NCBI GenBank assembly: GCA_964575955.1
Contig: CAZNTG010000008.1
Coordinates: 1-58,727 of the forward strand
Reading direction: 5' to 3'
Source: an uncultured Thermoproteaceae archaeon
GTDB lineage: Archaea > Thermoproteota > Thermoprotei > Thermoproteales > Thermocladiaceae
Length of the DNA: 58,727 nt
Shown: positions 1-10,307 of the stretch, one piece after another
Layout: each line of letters begins with the position of its first letter
How positions within the stretch are numbered: the stretch's first letter is position 1
Notes under the pieces: generated by a model
Database searches by the model: none
The model's input: only the letters and a program-made list of their open reading frames with translations
Told to the model about the DNA's origin: nothing
Position numbers and translations under genes: made by a program

Positions 1-195
1 TCTGTGGGTTTTTATTTTGGTTTTTTATTTCCTGTTGTCTGTCTTTATTTTCTGCATGTGTGTTTTTACGTTTTACCATTAGGAAAATGCAACAATTCAA
101 CTCTCCTGAAGAGAAACATTTCCACAAGAAACAAGTAATACAAAAAAGAGTAATACAAGGGTTATGTTTATTTTTTGTGTTTTGCTAGATATTTT

Positions 196-1185
196 GTGTT
201 TTTTACTTGGGATGATGTTGTTAGGTTTGTTGGTGAGTTTGCTTTGTTGGAGAAGTCTTGTTGTGTTTCTGATGAGTTGAGAGGTTGGAATTGGTCTGAT
301 CCTCCTATTCTTTGTGTTAGTTCATTTCGTATTTCTGTTAGTGATGTTGTTTCTATTTGTGATTCTGGTCGTGATATATTTTTGAAATATATTCTTAATG
401 TTCGTGGTAAGGTTGGTAGATCTATTGTTAGAGGTTTTATTATTCATTTTGCATTTAGAGAACTTGTATACTCTATCAAGCGTTCTATCTATAATCATGC
501 TGTTAAGTCTGGTTTTGAATTGTTGGAATATTTAAAATCTGAAGGTAAGAAGATATTCTTTAAAATATTTGATGAATTTGACTTATCTAACATAGATTCT
601 GATGAAGTTGAATGTTTGTTTTGGGAAGTTTGGAAGCAAGGTTCTACAATATATTCAGGTTGTCTAGATAAGTATTTTAAAGATAGAGAGTTTAAGTATC
701 TGGATTCGATAGTTAGGATGGTAGTACCTATAGATGTTGAAGTTATGTTAGATGGATCTAAGATAGGGCTTACAAATGTTAGAGTTGATGCAATACTCTA
801 CCCAGATATTCCAATTGAGATTAAGGTTGGTGAAGGTATAAAACCAGAACTTGCACTTGCAGGATATGCCCTCGTAATGGAGAGTATCTTTAGAAAACCT
901 ATAAATTTTGGAATTGTTGTTAATGTCGATATTAAAAATGACTTAACAATATCTTGGAAATATAGAATAGTACATATTGATGATAATTTAAGACTTGAAT
1001 TTATAAATGAGAGAGATAGAAGATTAGAAATTTTAGAAAATAAGATAGATCCAGGAATCAGCAGTAGATGTATATCATCATGCCCATTTTACGAATATTG
1101 TCATGGTAAGAAAGTTAAAATTGAAAAGAAAGCTCAAGAGAGACCAAGTAAGAAGTTGAAGATAAGAGTATTAGATAGAGATTAG
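196..1185 (+). CDS. csa1: CRISPR-associated Csa1/Cas4a exonuclease (type I-A adaptation)
   Basis: ELRGWNW N-terminal motif, RVDA/IEIK nuclease motifs, LAGYAL, C-terminal CxxxCPFYEYC cluster. GTG at 196 (MFFTWD) is preferred over TTG at 175. Confidence 0.88.
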   Translation: MFFTWDDVVRFVGEFALLEKSCCVSDELRGWNWSDPPILCVSSFRISVSDVVSICDSGRDIFLKYILNVRGKVGRSIVRGFIIHFAFRELVYSIKRSIYNHAVKSGFELLEYLKSEGKKIFFKIFDEFDLSNIDSDEVECLFWEVWKQGSTIYSGCLDKYFKDREFKYLDSIVRMVVPIDVEVMLDGSKIGLTNVRVDAILYPDIPIEIKVGEGIKPELALAGYALVMESIFRKPINFGIVVNVDIKNDLTISWKYRIVHIDDNLRLEFINERDRRLEILENKIDPGISSRCISSCPFYEYCHGKKVKIEKKAQERPSKKLKIRVLDRD

Positions 1186-1755
1186 ATGTATATAAGTGTT
1201 TCAGATTTAAAGAATTATGCATATTGTCCATACATAATTTTTATTAAAAAAGTACTAAATATTGGAGATATTGTAACAGAATACATGTTGTATGGTAAAG
1301 AAATTGAGAAAGATAGAATATTACTATCAATATATAGATATGTTAAAGGTGTTAAGATATTGAGATCAATAATGTTGGTAAGTAAGAGGTTTAGTATTAC
1401 TGGATGTGTTGACTGTATAATAATTGATAAGTATAGGCAATACATTCCTGTTGATATTAAATGGTGTGAAGATGATAAACCAAGAATAGATCATAAAGTT
1501 CAGATATGTGCTTATGCATTTATGATAGAGGAAAATTTCAATACTTTATGTAAATTTGGAATATTATATTACGTTAGTAGAAGTGGAGGTAGGCTACATA
1601 GAGTATATATTAGTCAAAGTCTTAGAAATTTAACAGTTAAATTTATTGAAGATGTTAAGAAAATATTAACATATTCAGAACCTCCAAAACATATTCCTAG
1701 AAGAGATAGATGTAGAACTTGTCCATACTTTCAATATTGTAATTTTAAGCTTTAA
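1186..1755 (+). CDS. cas4: CRISPR-associated exonuclease Cas4
   Basis: YAYCP, GCVD, PVDIK, QICAYA, C-terminal CRTCPYFQYC; adjacent to cas1. Confidence 0.93.
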   Translation: MYISVSDLKNYAYCPYIIFIKKVLNIGDIVTEYMLYGKEIEKDRILLSIYRYVKGVKILRSIMLVSKRFSITGCVDCIIIDKYRQYIPVDIKWCEDDKPRIDHKVQICAYAFMIEENFNTLCKFGILYYVSRSGGRLHRVYISQSLRNLTVKFIEDVKKILTYSEPPKHIPRRDRCRTCPYFQYCNFKL

Positions 1756-1758
1756 TAA

Positions 1759-2784
1759 ATGTATCGATATTTAACATATATGACAGGTAAGAAGATACTT
1801 CTAGTAGATGAGTGGGGTTCTAGACTTAGATTGAGAAGAGGTATGTTAACACTATTTATAAGACAGGAAGGTAAGATTGTTAAAAAGCTTGAAGTATCTC
1901 CTGTAGAGTTAGATTCTATAATATTTTGGGTTAGGGGGAGTTCGATATCTATCGCAGCTATATTAGAAGCTTTGAAGTATGGTGTTGATATTGTAATATT
2001 CGATAATGGTAAACCTGCGGCAAGAGTAGTACCGTCTAAATATGGTTCAATATATAGAATATGGACTAGACAACTACTAACATATTTGAGAAAGGATAAG
2101 AGATTGAAAATTGCGAAGATGTTTGTATATGGAAAAATTGAAAATCAGATGTCAAATCTTAGATATTTCTCAAAATTATTCATACATAATAAAAAGATGT
2201 ATTATGAAATTAGAAGACACATAGACAACATGTATAAGATATTACAAAAATTGTATGAATGTAATAGTGTTGATGAGGTTAGAAATGTTGAAGCAAGTGC
2301 TGCTAGACATTATTGGAAAGTTATAAAGCTAGTAGTACCTCAAAATCTAGGTTTTAAAAAGAGATTGAAAAAGTATGATATTGTTCCTGGAGTGAATGTA
2401 GATCCTGTAAATAAGGCTTTAAATATTGCTTATGGAATTCTTAAGAAAGAAGTTTGGAGATCTATATTTCTAGTAGGTTTAAATCCATACATAGGATTTC
2501 TACATAAACCTAGACCAAGCAAGTTAAGTCTCGTATTTGATCTCATGGAGGAGTTTAGACCATTTATAGATAGGTTGATAGTTATGGCTTGTAGAAAAAC
2601 TCCAAGTAAGATTAAGATACTGTCAGATCCTGATAAGGAAGGTGAAGGTGTTGTTAATGTAGTTAAGTTAGTATATGAAGGATTCAGTAAAAGTAACATA
2701 CAGGCTTGTATAAATACTCAAGCTAGAAGACTACTAAACTACATATTGAGAGAAGAACCCTACACTCCATTTAAATTAGTATAG
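1759..2784 (+). CDS. cas1: CRISPR integrase Cas1 (start may be the downstream ATG at 1780)
   Basis: EASAARHYW, DPVNKALN, GFLH and FDLMEEFRP motifs; catalytic E/H/D present. Confidence 0.95.
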   Translation: MYRYLTYMTGKKILLVDEWGSRLRLRRGMLTLFIRQEGKIVKKLEVSPVELDSIIFWVRGSSISIAAILEALKYGVDIVIFDNGKPAARVVPSKYGSIYRIWTRQLLTYLRKDKRLKIAKMFVYGKIENQMSNLRYFSKLFIHNKKMYYEIRRHIDNMYKILQKLYECNSVDEVRNVEASAARHYWKVIKLVVPQNLGFKKRLKKYDIVPGVNVDPVNKALNIAYGILKKEVWRSIFLVGLNPYIGFLHKPRPSKLSLVFDLMEEFRPFIDRLIVMACRKTPSKIKILSDPDKEGEGVVNVVKLVYEGFSKSNIQACINTQARRLLNYILREEPYTPFKLV

Positions 2785-2826
2785 TATTTTACAAGATTTA
2801 TAAGCTGGTATATATATGGTATTGTA

Positions 2827-3672
2827 GTGAGAAAGATATTTGTAGCAATTACATGTGGATTATCGCTACTTTATAATCTCCTACTAGATCAAGAGTTTGT
2901 AAATTATATTAGAAAATTTACAAATGCTGAATTTAGAAATGTTAGAGATATTGTAAATGATAGAGAATTAATGCAAAAGCTTTATAGAGACTCGTTAGTG
3001 AGTGGTGAAGTTAGTAAGTTTGTTTTATCAAAGTTACGTGAAGATCCTCTGAAGATGTCTGCTGAGTTGAATTCATTAATTAAATTATTGAGAAGTTGTG
3101 AATGTAATGATGTTGATATTTGTCGCATACTTCTATTCTCAAGTGATTCACCATCCTGTAAATTTTGTACTCAATTAATATCTAAGTTCATAGTTGAAAA
3201 CATTCAAGAATTTATTAAAAATAGAAAAATATCATGCGAAGTTAAGAGTATCGTAACCATTCCTGAGCTGTCTCCCGCAAATTTTGATGAAGTATTACAG
3301 AAGTTGTCAGATAAGTTTGTTCGTGAAGCATATAGACATATTTCTGAAGGATATGAGATGTATACTATAATTACAGGTGGTTTTAAGATTGAGATTGCAT
3401 ATATTACAGTTCTAGCATTTATGTTAAGGTCGAAAGTTGTCTACTGTCCTGATTATAGGTCAGATGTCATAATTCTACCTCCACTACCTGTAGATCTTGG
3501 TAAGGATATTGTAGATCTATATGATAGAGTTGAGAAAGGTTTAGAAGCTGATAGTTTAACATTAGACAAATTTGTAAAGCTAGGTCTTGTATCTAGTAAG
3601 AATGGTAAGATTAAGCTTGAGAATTGGGTTAAGAAGTTGATTGAGGTGAGAAGGTGGAACTATACCTCCTAG
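2827..3672 (+). CDS. APE2256/SSO1393-family CARF protein (Crn1-like ring nuclease candidate)
   Basis: TCGLSLLYN, SAELNSL, SSDS, TGGFKIE, LPPLPV; C-terminal wHTH-like tail. Confidence 0.8.
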   Translation: MRKIFVAITCGLSLLYNLLLDQEFVNYIRKFTNAEFRNVRDIVNDRELMQKLYRDSLVSGEVSKFVLSKLREDPLKMSAELNSLIKLLRSCECNDVDICRILLFSSDSPSCKFCTQLISKFIVENIQEFIKNRKISCEVKSIVTIPELSPANFDEVLQKLSDKFVREAYRHISEGYEMYTIITGGFKIEIAYITVLAFMLRSKVVYCPDYRSDVIILPPLPVDLGKDIVDLYDRVEKGLEADSLTLDKFVKLGLVSSKNGKIKLENWVKKLIEVRRWNYTS

Positions 3673-3941
3673 TTATATACGACATATCTGATGATAATTT
3701 GAGAAATCAAATAGCAACATTTCTAAAGACTAGAGGTTTGAAAAGAATTCAGAGAAGTGCATTTCTAGGACCTGTAACACCATCATTAGTTAGAGAGATT
3801 GAGGCTGGTATTAGAAGACTTGTTAGAGGGTATAGTGGTGTTAATGTTCAACTCTTCCTACTTACAAAATTTAGTTTTAATAGTAGAATTGTTATAGGTG
3901 ACTTAAGTGAGGAAGAGGAGGAGGGTATAGTATTAACATGA
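3654..3941 (+). CDS. cas2: CRISPR-associated endoribonuclease Cas2
   Basis: LVIYDISDD, RIQRSAF; 95 aa. Confidence 0.95.
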   Translation: MELYLLVIYDISDDNLRNQIATFLKTRGLKRIQRSAFLGPVTPSLVREIEAGIRRLVRGYSGVNVQLFLLTKFSFNSRIVIGDLSEEEEEGIVLT

Positions 3942-4828
3942 TGATTATAGGTAGAATATTTATAAAAATTAGATCTAGGGAAGATATACCACTACCTTCA
4001 GTATCTTCTAGAATTTCAAAACTTATCTTAATAAAAGCTTTAGAGAGTATAGAAAATGAGAAGGCTAGAAAGATAGCTGAACTTTTTAAATCTAAATCAC
4101 CACTAAATAGACTACCCGTAAAACCTGTTAGAGTTAGCTTCATATATGATGAGAAGAGAGGGAGAATGTTGTGGGAAGAATATGATAAAAGACCTATAAT
4201 GAAGAGTGGTAATGTTTACACATTTACAGTAACTATATTCGAATCTGACAATGTTAGAAGTAGATTAGAAAGTTCTCCAAGTCTAGATGTGGTTATAGAT
4301 CTTCTTGATAGATTTTCAGGTGAGTTTAAAGTCTTCAAATTTAACACTGTTGAAGTATATACTTCAGATATTGAGATTGTTAGTGAAGATATTTTTGAAG
4401 ATGATGTAGATTACGATACAGTGACTATAAATTTCTTAACACCAACATTTTTACAATATCCACATCATCCAAAGCTTAGGAACTACCCTACAAGACATGC
4501 ACTATATCCTCAACCAATGCTTGTACTTCTCTCACTTGTATATAAGTGGAATAATCTTGCAGATTCATCTGCAAGTATATCTTCAGCTCTCTATGCTCCA
4601 TATGAGATTATAGAGATTAATCACAGTATAAGACCTGTAACAATACAGTTTAGAAAAGTTAGAGAGAGAGGATTTGTTGGATGGATTAAATATGGTATTG
4701 ATTCTAAAAGTAGTAAGAGATTTAGAGAATATATTAAACTTCTAAAATTTGCAAACTACTCTGGTATTGGTAGATCAACAAATATAGGTTTAGGTGAAGT
4801 TAGAGTATGCTTTAGTAAGAGATCATGA
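3938..4828 (+). CDS. cas6: CRISPR pre-crRNA endoribonuclease Cas6
   Basis: FLTPT and C-terminal G-rich loop GIGRSTNIGLG. Confidence 0.92.
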   Translation: MMIIGRIFIKIRSREDIPLPSVSSRISKLILIKALESIENEKARKIAELFKSKSPLNRLPVKPVRVSFIYDEKRGRMLWEEYDKRPIMKSGNVYTFTVTIFESDNVRSRLESSPSLDVVIDLLDRFSGEFKVFKFNTVEVYTSDIEIVSEDIFEDDVDYDTVTINFLTPTFLQYPHHPKLRNYPTRHALYPQPMLVLLSLVYKWNNLADSSASISSALYAPYEIIEINHSIRPVTIQFRKVRERGFVGWIKYGIDSKSSKRFREYIKLLKFANYSGIGRSTNIGLGEVRVCFSKRS

Positions 4829-5898
4829 CTACTCTAAACGAGATCGTTAATACAATATTAAAAATTTCAAAAATGCTTGGAGATGTTGTTGAAGAAGATA
4901 AAGTTGATACAAGTGAAGATGTTAAAGAGGGTTGTATAAATGTTGAGTATGTCGATAATATTGTTGATAAGATTGAGAAGCCTAGAGATTTAAAGAAATT
5001 TTGGGGTCTTGATGCATCTATAAGAACTTTAAAACTTACAGGTATTGATATTATAATTGTATCAGGAGCATTAGTAGGTTCGAGACTATATATTGAACCT
5101 AAGATTATAGATACTAGGTGGATATGTATAAGACCTAGATGTAAAGCTTCAGAAGATTTAAAACAACTTCTTGAAAATTTAAGTTATAAGTTCTATACTA
5201 AGTCTAGACTTGTAGATAGAGTATTTGATGGAACATATAGTGAAGAAGTACTACAGGATGAGCTTAGAGTCAGCATGGAGAATAGTATGATTAAGCTGTG
5301 GGATAGGACAGGTATATTGATTATTGATGGGCCACTATTTCATGCACCTAGGATTATATCAAGTATTGATAATATATATGCAAAGGTCTATATTGAATTA
5401 ACAAAGGAGAGATTAAATCTTCTTAAAGGTTTTGAAGATAAGGTTGTATGTATTGTTAAGAGACTTTCACAGTGTAGATATTTAGCTAGGCTTGAATGTG
5501 TTGGAGCTACAGATGACTATGTTGCTATTATTAAGGCGAATAAGATTCTTAAGAGAAGAGAAGTTTCTTCAGTATTTATTGGAACATTAAGATTATCAAT
5601 ATCTGTACAGGATTATGAATTTGAGAAGTATATGGGTTATATAGTATCTAGAGCTGGTGATGTATTTAATGTTATTAGAATTGAGACTCTAGATTTAGAA
5701 TTCCTATATGATATTAAAGACTATATAGCACAGATATTAACTCCATCAGGAGTTCCAAAAACTATAGAACTTGCAGATAAGTTATGTAAGAAGGTTAGTT
5801 CAAGTATCTTTACAATTTTATGGAATATAGCTCCGCTAAGTCCTACATATGAGGGATTTGAAAGTCTACTACTCTCACTTAAAGATCTTCAGGAGTAG
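4825..5898 (+). CDS. nurA: NurA-family nuclease (CRISPR-linked)
   Basis: GLDAS, IIDGPL, IVKR and ADK motifs; directly upstream of herA. Confidence 0.85.
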   Translation: MTTLNEIVNTILKISKMLGDVVEEDKVDTSEDVKEGCINVEYVDNIVDKIEKPRDLKKFWGLDASIRTLKLTGIDIIIVSGALVGSRLYIEPKIIDTRWICIRPRCKASEDLKQLLENLSYKFYTKSRLVDRVFDGTYSEEVLQDELRVSMENSMIKLWDRTGILIIDGPLFHAPRIISSIDNIYAKVYIELTKERLNLLKGFEDKVVCIVKRLSQCRYLARLECVGATDDYVAIIKANKILKRREVSSVFIGTLRLSISVQDYEFEKYMGYIVSRAGDVFNVIRIETLDLEFLYDIKDYIAQILTPSGVPKTIELADKLCKKVSSSIFTILWNIAPLSPTYEGFESLLLSLKDLQE

Positions 5899-5933
5899 AG
5901 AAATGTTCAAAGAATACTATGTAGCATATATAC

Positions 5934-7859
5934 ATGGTGATGAATTTAGAAGTTGAGGAGAGATGTATTGACTGTAATGAGTATGTTGCTATTGTCAGTA
6001 GACAATTACCAACACGTGTTTCACTTGAGGAAAGTCTAGTATATGCAATAACTGACTGTCCTCTAGACTCTACAAACATTACTGTAGGTTCATATCTAGT
6101 TATTGAGTCTGATAATCGTAAATATCTTGCACGTGTTGTTGAAATAACTAACCAAGATGTGTACTCGTTAGTAAAATCTCCAATTATCTCACTTGAACAG
6201 GAACTATCTGTAGATCTAACACCACTACCTAGACTAATAACTCTCGAACTAGTTGTTGAATGTGTAGATAATAGATGTTCTGCACCTGTAACTCCAGTGA
6301 AGATACATTCTAGAATTAGAAAGCCTAGAAGTGGTGAGATTTCAGAAATGCTTGGATTACCTAAAGAGGGTATTGAGATTGGCAATATATCACTACCAAC
6401 TGGTGAAGAATTGAAAGGTGAGAGGGTCAGACTTACACAACAAGCATTAAGACATCACATACTTATAGTAGGCACTACAGGAAGTGGAAAGACAGTACTT
6501 ATAAAAAATATTATATATGAAGTTTTAAAAAACAATGTAGGTAAGGTAATTGTACTAGATGTTGTAGGACATTATCATCATGTTATTACTAGAGAAGTAG
6601 ATAAGATTGCAGTAATATTACCAATAACTTCAAGATATCTTCAAAATATAGCTAGAGATTGTGAAAAATTAATAAAAGATAAAGATATTAAAGATGTCGA
6701 GGATATTATAAGAAGAGTATTAAGTATTATCTGTAGAAGAATTGTAGAGAAGTATCTAAATGAAGTATTTCTAAGTTTTGGAATTAAATATCATGTAGAT
6801 AAGATTAGAATTAAATATACAAAGTATGTAGATAGAGAGAGAAATAGAGTTAGTATAACATTGAGAAGAATAGATGTTAAAGCAAATATCGAAGGTATAG
6901 ATACTATACTAGAATTATATCCATGGGCATTAGAGACTCAAAATGTCTTAATGATACTACCAAAACTTTCAGCTGTCTTTACAGCACAGGCTCGCCTATT
7001 TTATAGAAGAATATTATTAGAACTTATCAGAGAATATGTTAAGCATAGGCTAGGTGAGGAGAAGAGTAAGGATGTTAAATCTCAGAATTTGAAAAGTATA
7101 GTTAGGAAGTATTGTATAAATCTGGAAAAGTTATATAATTTTATGTTTAAATCTATCTCTAGTGGTAGAGGTAGAAGTGAGGTTGTTTATCAATATATTG
7201 CTAATAAGATTGGAGTTCATAAAGGTACTTTAGAAAATATTATGAGAGGATTTTTATCATTACTAGAGACCGATCTTTTTGATGTACATACTGTTCTAGA
7301 TATAGAGTTTGAAGAGTCTAAATATAGAGTTAAAATTAGTATTAGAGAGCCAGATTACGATAAGTTATTTAGTAGAAGGTATGTTATAGTTGATTTGAGA
7401 AATACTACGACATCTCAAGAGAAATTGATAGTTTATAGAGTTCTAGCTAGATTGTATAGGTATGTTGAAAATGTGTGGCAAAATTTAGAGGAGAGAAGTA
7501 GTGTTATTATTGCTATTGATGAAGCACATATATTCTTTCCACAAACTCGTGAAGAATCTGAGAAAGAACTTATAGAGAGTTACTTAACAATGCTTGCTAG
7601 ACTTGGACGTGCTAGAGGTATTGGTCTAATATTTGCTACACATAGTCCTGATGATCTTAACGATCTAGTTATTCAACTTACAAACACTAAGATCTTATTG
7701 AGAAGTGATGAGAAGATCTTAGAGAAGTTGGGAGTACCTGCAAAAGAGAGAAGAATTATAACACTTGCACCTCCCGGTCTTGCATATATTAAGACATTCA
7801 TATTTAGAACACCACTACTTGTGAAGTTGGATTCTGCAAAGACAATACATGTCGGATAA
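5934..7859 (+). CDS. herA: HerA/FtsK-family helicase-ATPase (CRISPR-linked)
   Basis: HAS-barrel-like N-terminus, HHILIVGTTGSGKT, IAIDEAH, GRARGIGLIFATHSP. Confidence 0.88.
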   Translation: MVMNLEVEERCIDCNEYVAIVSRQLPTRVSLEESLVYAITDCPLDSTNITVGSYLVIESDNRKYLARVVEITNQDVYSLVKSPIISLEQELSVDLTPLPRLITLELVVECVDNRCSAPVTPVKIHSRIRKPRSGEISEMLGLPKEGIEIGNISLPTGEELKGERVRLTQQALRHHILIVGTTGSGKTVLIKNIIYEVLKNNVGKVIVLDVVGHYHHVITREVDKIAVILPITSRYLQNIARDCEKLIKDKDIKDVEDIIRRVLSIICRRIVEKYLNEVFLSFGIKYHVDKIRIKYTKYVDRERNRVSITLRRIDVKANIEGIDTILELYPWALETQNVLMILPKLSAVFTAQARLFYRRILLELIREYVKHRLGEEKSKDVKSQNLKSIVRKYCINLEKLYNFMFKSISSGRGRSEVVYQYIANKIGVHKGTLENIMRGFLSLLETDLFDVHTVLDIEFEESKYRVKISIREPDYDKLFSRRYVIVDLRNTTTSQEKLIVYRVLARLYRYVENVWQNLEERSSVIIAIDEAHIFFPQTREESEKELIESYLTMLARLGRARGIGLIFATHSPDDLNDLVIQLTNTKILLRSDEKILEKLGVPAKERRIITLAPPGLAYIKTFIFRTPLLVKLDSAKTIHVG

Positions 7860-7885
7860 GTAATACTTATGAGAGGTGTGCTAAC

Positions 7886-8745
7886 ATGAATAATGTGAAA
7901 AAGGCAGCATTTTTAGTTACTGTAGAACTTCAATATTGAATAATGTTGAGAGAAATTTAGAATTACTAGATATAGATCCTCAAATTAAAACTGATCTGAG
8001 AGGTTCTTCTAAACTATCACCAACAGATCCTAAACAGAGGAAGTTTAGAGAGGCATATATTAATAAGGAAAATCCTCTCTATAGGTCAATATATAAAATT
8101 GTGTGTCAGAAACCTGAAGAATTCAGTGCAGAGTTAAATACAATTTTAAAATTCTTAAGAACATGGTCACCAATATCAGCCTATTTAGACGAATTGAAAA
8201 TTTATCTCTATCCAACAGATACTGATAATTGTAAATTCTGTGCTAACATAATTAGAGATTTCATAGTTAATAATAGGGAGATCTTGGTTAAGTATGGTTT
8301 AAAGCCTGAATGTGGTGTGGAGTGCGTGATTGAGGAATTGAAGGGTTTTGGAGTTAGTGTAGAATTCTTCTTCAAAGAAGGTATAGATGATCTTCTAAAC
8401 AAGTATGCTAGAGTTATAAAAGAATTGAAAGGTAGTGGCTATAGGGTAATCATAATGCCTGTAGGTGGATATAAACCTGAATGTACATATGCAACAATTG
8501 TAGGACTATTATTTGGTGCTGATAAGGTTGTGTACATTCATGAAAGTTTTAGAGAAATTGTAGAATTACCATTAATACCGATAAATATTGATAGTAAATT
8601 TGTAGATCTTATAAGAAGGATTGGAAGTAGAGAAGTTACTAAATCTGAAATTGATGAATGGGATATTGATGAACTTGTAGATCGTGGATTATTGTGTAGA
8701 AGTGGTGAATTTTACACAGTTCCTGACTGGATTATTAAGTTTTAG
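7886..8745 (+). pseudogene. Second APE2256/SSO1393-family CARF gene with an apparent 1-nt deletion near 7925
   Basis: GAGGTG then ATG at 7886. Adding one G restores ...LVTVGTSILNN in frame with the 7936 ORF (SAELN, PTDT, GGYKPE, YIHE). Could be a sequencing error. Confidence 0.75.
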
Positions 8746-9079
8746 AGAATAATCTTCTCAATATCCTATCTATTAATGGGTAGTTTCTATTTAACTCGTA
8801 TGATTCTACTATATCTCTTGGCGATATGCATGGTACTCCTAGTACATATATTGCTCTATTTGAAAATCCTGTATTTCTACATTTAAATATGTTTACTATT
8901 CCCCAATTTCTCAATAATTCTATGTCTAGTCTTTCAATATCTTCAAAGTATATTGCTATATCTAGAATAGGTTCATACACTATGTCTAGTGTATAGGCTA
9001 GGGTTAGTGGTCCTAATGTCCACTCTACTCCACTTCTATTTAATATTTCCTGTAGTTTGTATATTCCGTGTATTATCAT
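8735..9079 (-). CDS. Hypothetical protein
   Basis: ORF coupled to the AbrB-like gene by an overlap at 9076-9079. Confidence 0.6.
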   Translation of the reverse strand: MIIHGIYKLQEILNRSGVEWTLGPLTLAYTLDIVYEPILDIAIYFEDIERLDIELLRNWGIVNIFKCRNTGFSNRAIYVLGVPCISPRDIVESYELNRNYPLIDRILRRLFSKT

Positions 9080-9390
9080 GTTTCTGATTGTTGTGTTGGT
9101 CTTCTAATTTCAAGTACTTCAATCTCATCTCCTGGTCTTATTCCATATTTTTCACGTATTTCTTTTGGTATTGTAAATTGTCTAGAGTCTGTATGTCTTG
9201 TTCTTAATAGTCTAGCATTTTTTATAGTTATTATCTGGTCATTATATTTGATTACTATGTCTGCATATCTCCAACTTGATATTCCTAATGTTCTTACGAG
9301 TTTTGCAGGTATCAAAACTTGGTTATTTACATATACCCTCACTCTATATGGTAGAGTTGATATATCGTATCCTTTTGCACCACGTCTCAA
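9076..9390 (-). CDS. AbrB/MazE/SpoVT-family DNA-binding protein
   Basis: Two swapped-hairpin motifs: QVLIPAKL and QFTIPKEIREKYGIRPGDEIEV. Confidence 0.85.
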   Translation of the reverse strand: MRRGAKGYDISTLPYRVRVYVNNQVLIPAKLVRTLGISSWRYADIVIKYNDQIITIKNARLLRTRHTDSRQFTIPKEIREKYGIRPGDEIEVLEIRRPTQQSET

Positions 9391-9465
9391 TGCAGATCCC
9401 TAAACCTAATATTAGTATATATCAGCATAGTTTTTAAACTATCGTATGTAGATACTATCATAATC

Positions 9466-10233
9466 ATGAGTGAAAGTGTTGATCTTGCACCAACAGGAAT
9501 AGATGGTCTAGATGAGATACTTGGTGGTGGTCTTCCTAGAGGTAGAACGTACTTAGTAACAGGTGAGACTGGTACATGTAAAACTCTATTCTCACTAACT
9601 TTTCTCATAGGTGGTGCTGTTAAGCATGGTGAACCTGGAATATATGTATCTGTTGATGAAGATTATTCACAATTTGTTAAAGGTGCCTATGCATTTGGTT
9701 GGGATATTGAATATCTTAGAAGTGAAGGTCTACTTGAAGTATTGATACCTGAGACTGAGCTTATTGAGAAGATTAGAGAGAAAGATCCTACAGCTGTTGC
9801 ACGTTCAATAGTTATGTCTATTGCTGAATATGTAAAAACTTTGAGAGCTACTAGACTAGTCATTGATCCAATAGCACCATTAGTAACACTTGAGAAAGAT
9901 GTTCAAGTACTTAGAGAGTATATTAGAACTCTAGTTTTAGAAATTGAGAAGAAGATTGGTACAACAACAATAATAACAACAGAGATACCTTCAGGTAGTA
10001 GTTCTCTATCTAGATATGGTGTTGAAGAGTTTCTAGCATCTGGAGTATTTGTACTTGGTATTGCTAGAACGAGTAGTGGAGATTTTAAGAGATTTCTATT
10101 CATTAGAAAGATTAGGTGGAGACCTGTAGAACCAGGAATTTATGAGATTGGTGTTGAGAGAGGTAAGGGAGTGTTTATAAAGGGTAGGTTGAGAAATGTG
10201 CATGTTCCATATATAAGTACTGTGATGCTTTAA
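9466..10233 (+). CDS. KaiC/RAD55 (aRadC)-family RecA-fold ATPase
   Basis: TGIDGLDEILGGGLP, GETGTCKT, RLVIDP, IRKIRW. Confidence 0.9.
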   Translation: MSESVDLAPTGIDGLDEILGGGLPRGRTYLVTGETGTCKTLFSLTFLIGGAVKHGEPGIYVSVDEDYSQFVKGAYAFGWDIEYLRSEGLLEVLIPETELIEKIREKDPTAVARSIVMSIAEYVKTLRATRLVIDPIAPLVTLEKDVQVLREYIRTLVLEIEKKIGTTTIITTEIPSGSSSLSRYGVEEFLASGVFVLGIARTSSGDFKRFLFIRKIRWRPVEPGIYEIGVERGKGVFIKGRLRNVHVPYISTVML

Positions 10234-10307
10234 AACGATGAGACATATATGTACATTGTTACAATCATATGAGTAATACTTTATAACCATTCAATATACT
10301 ACAGTTC

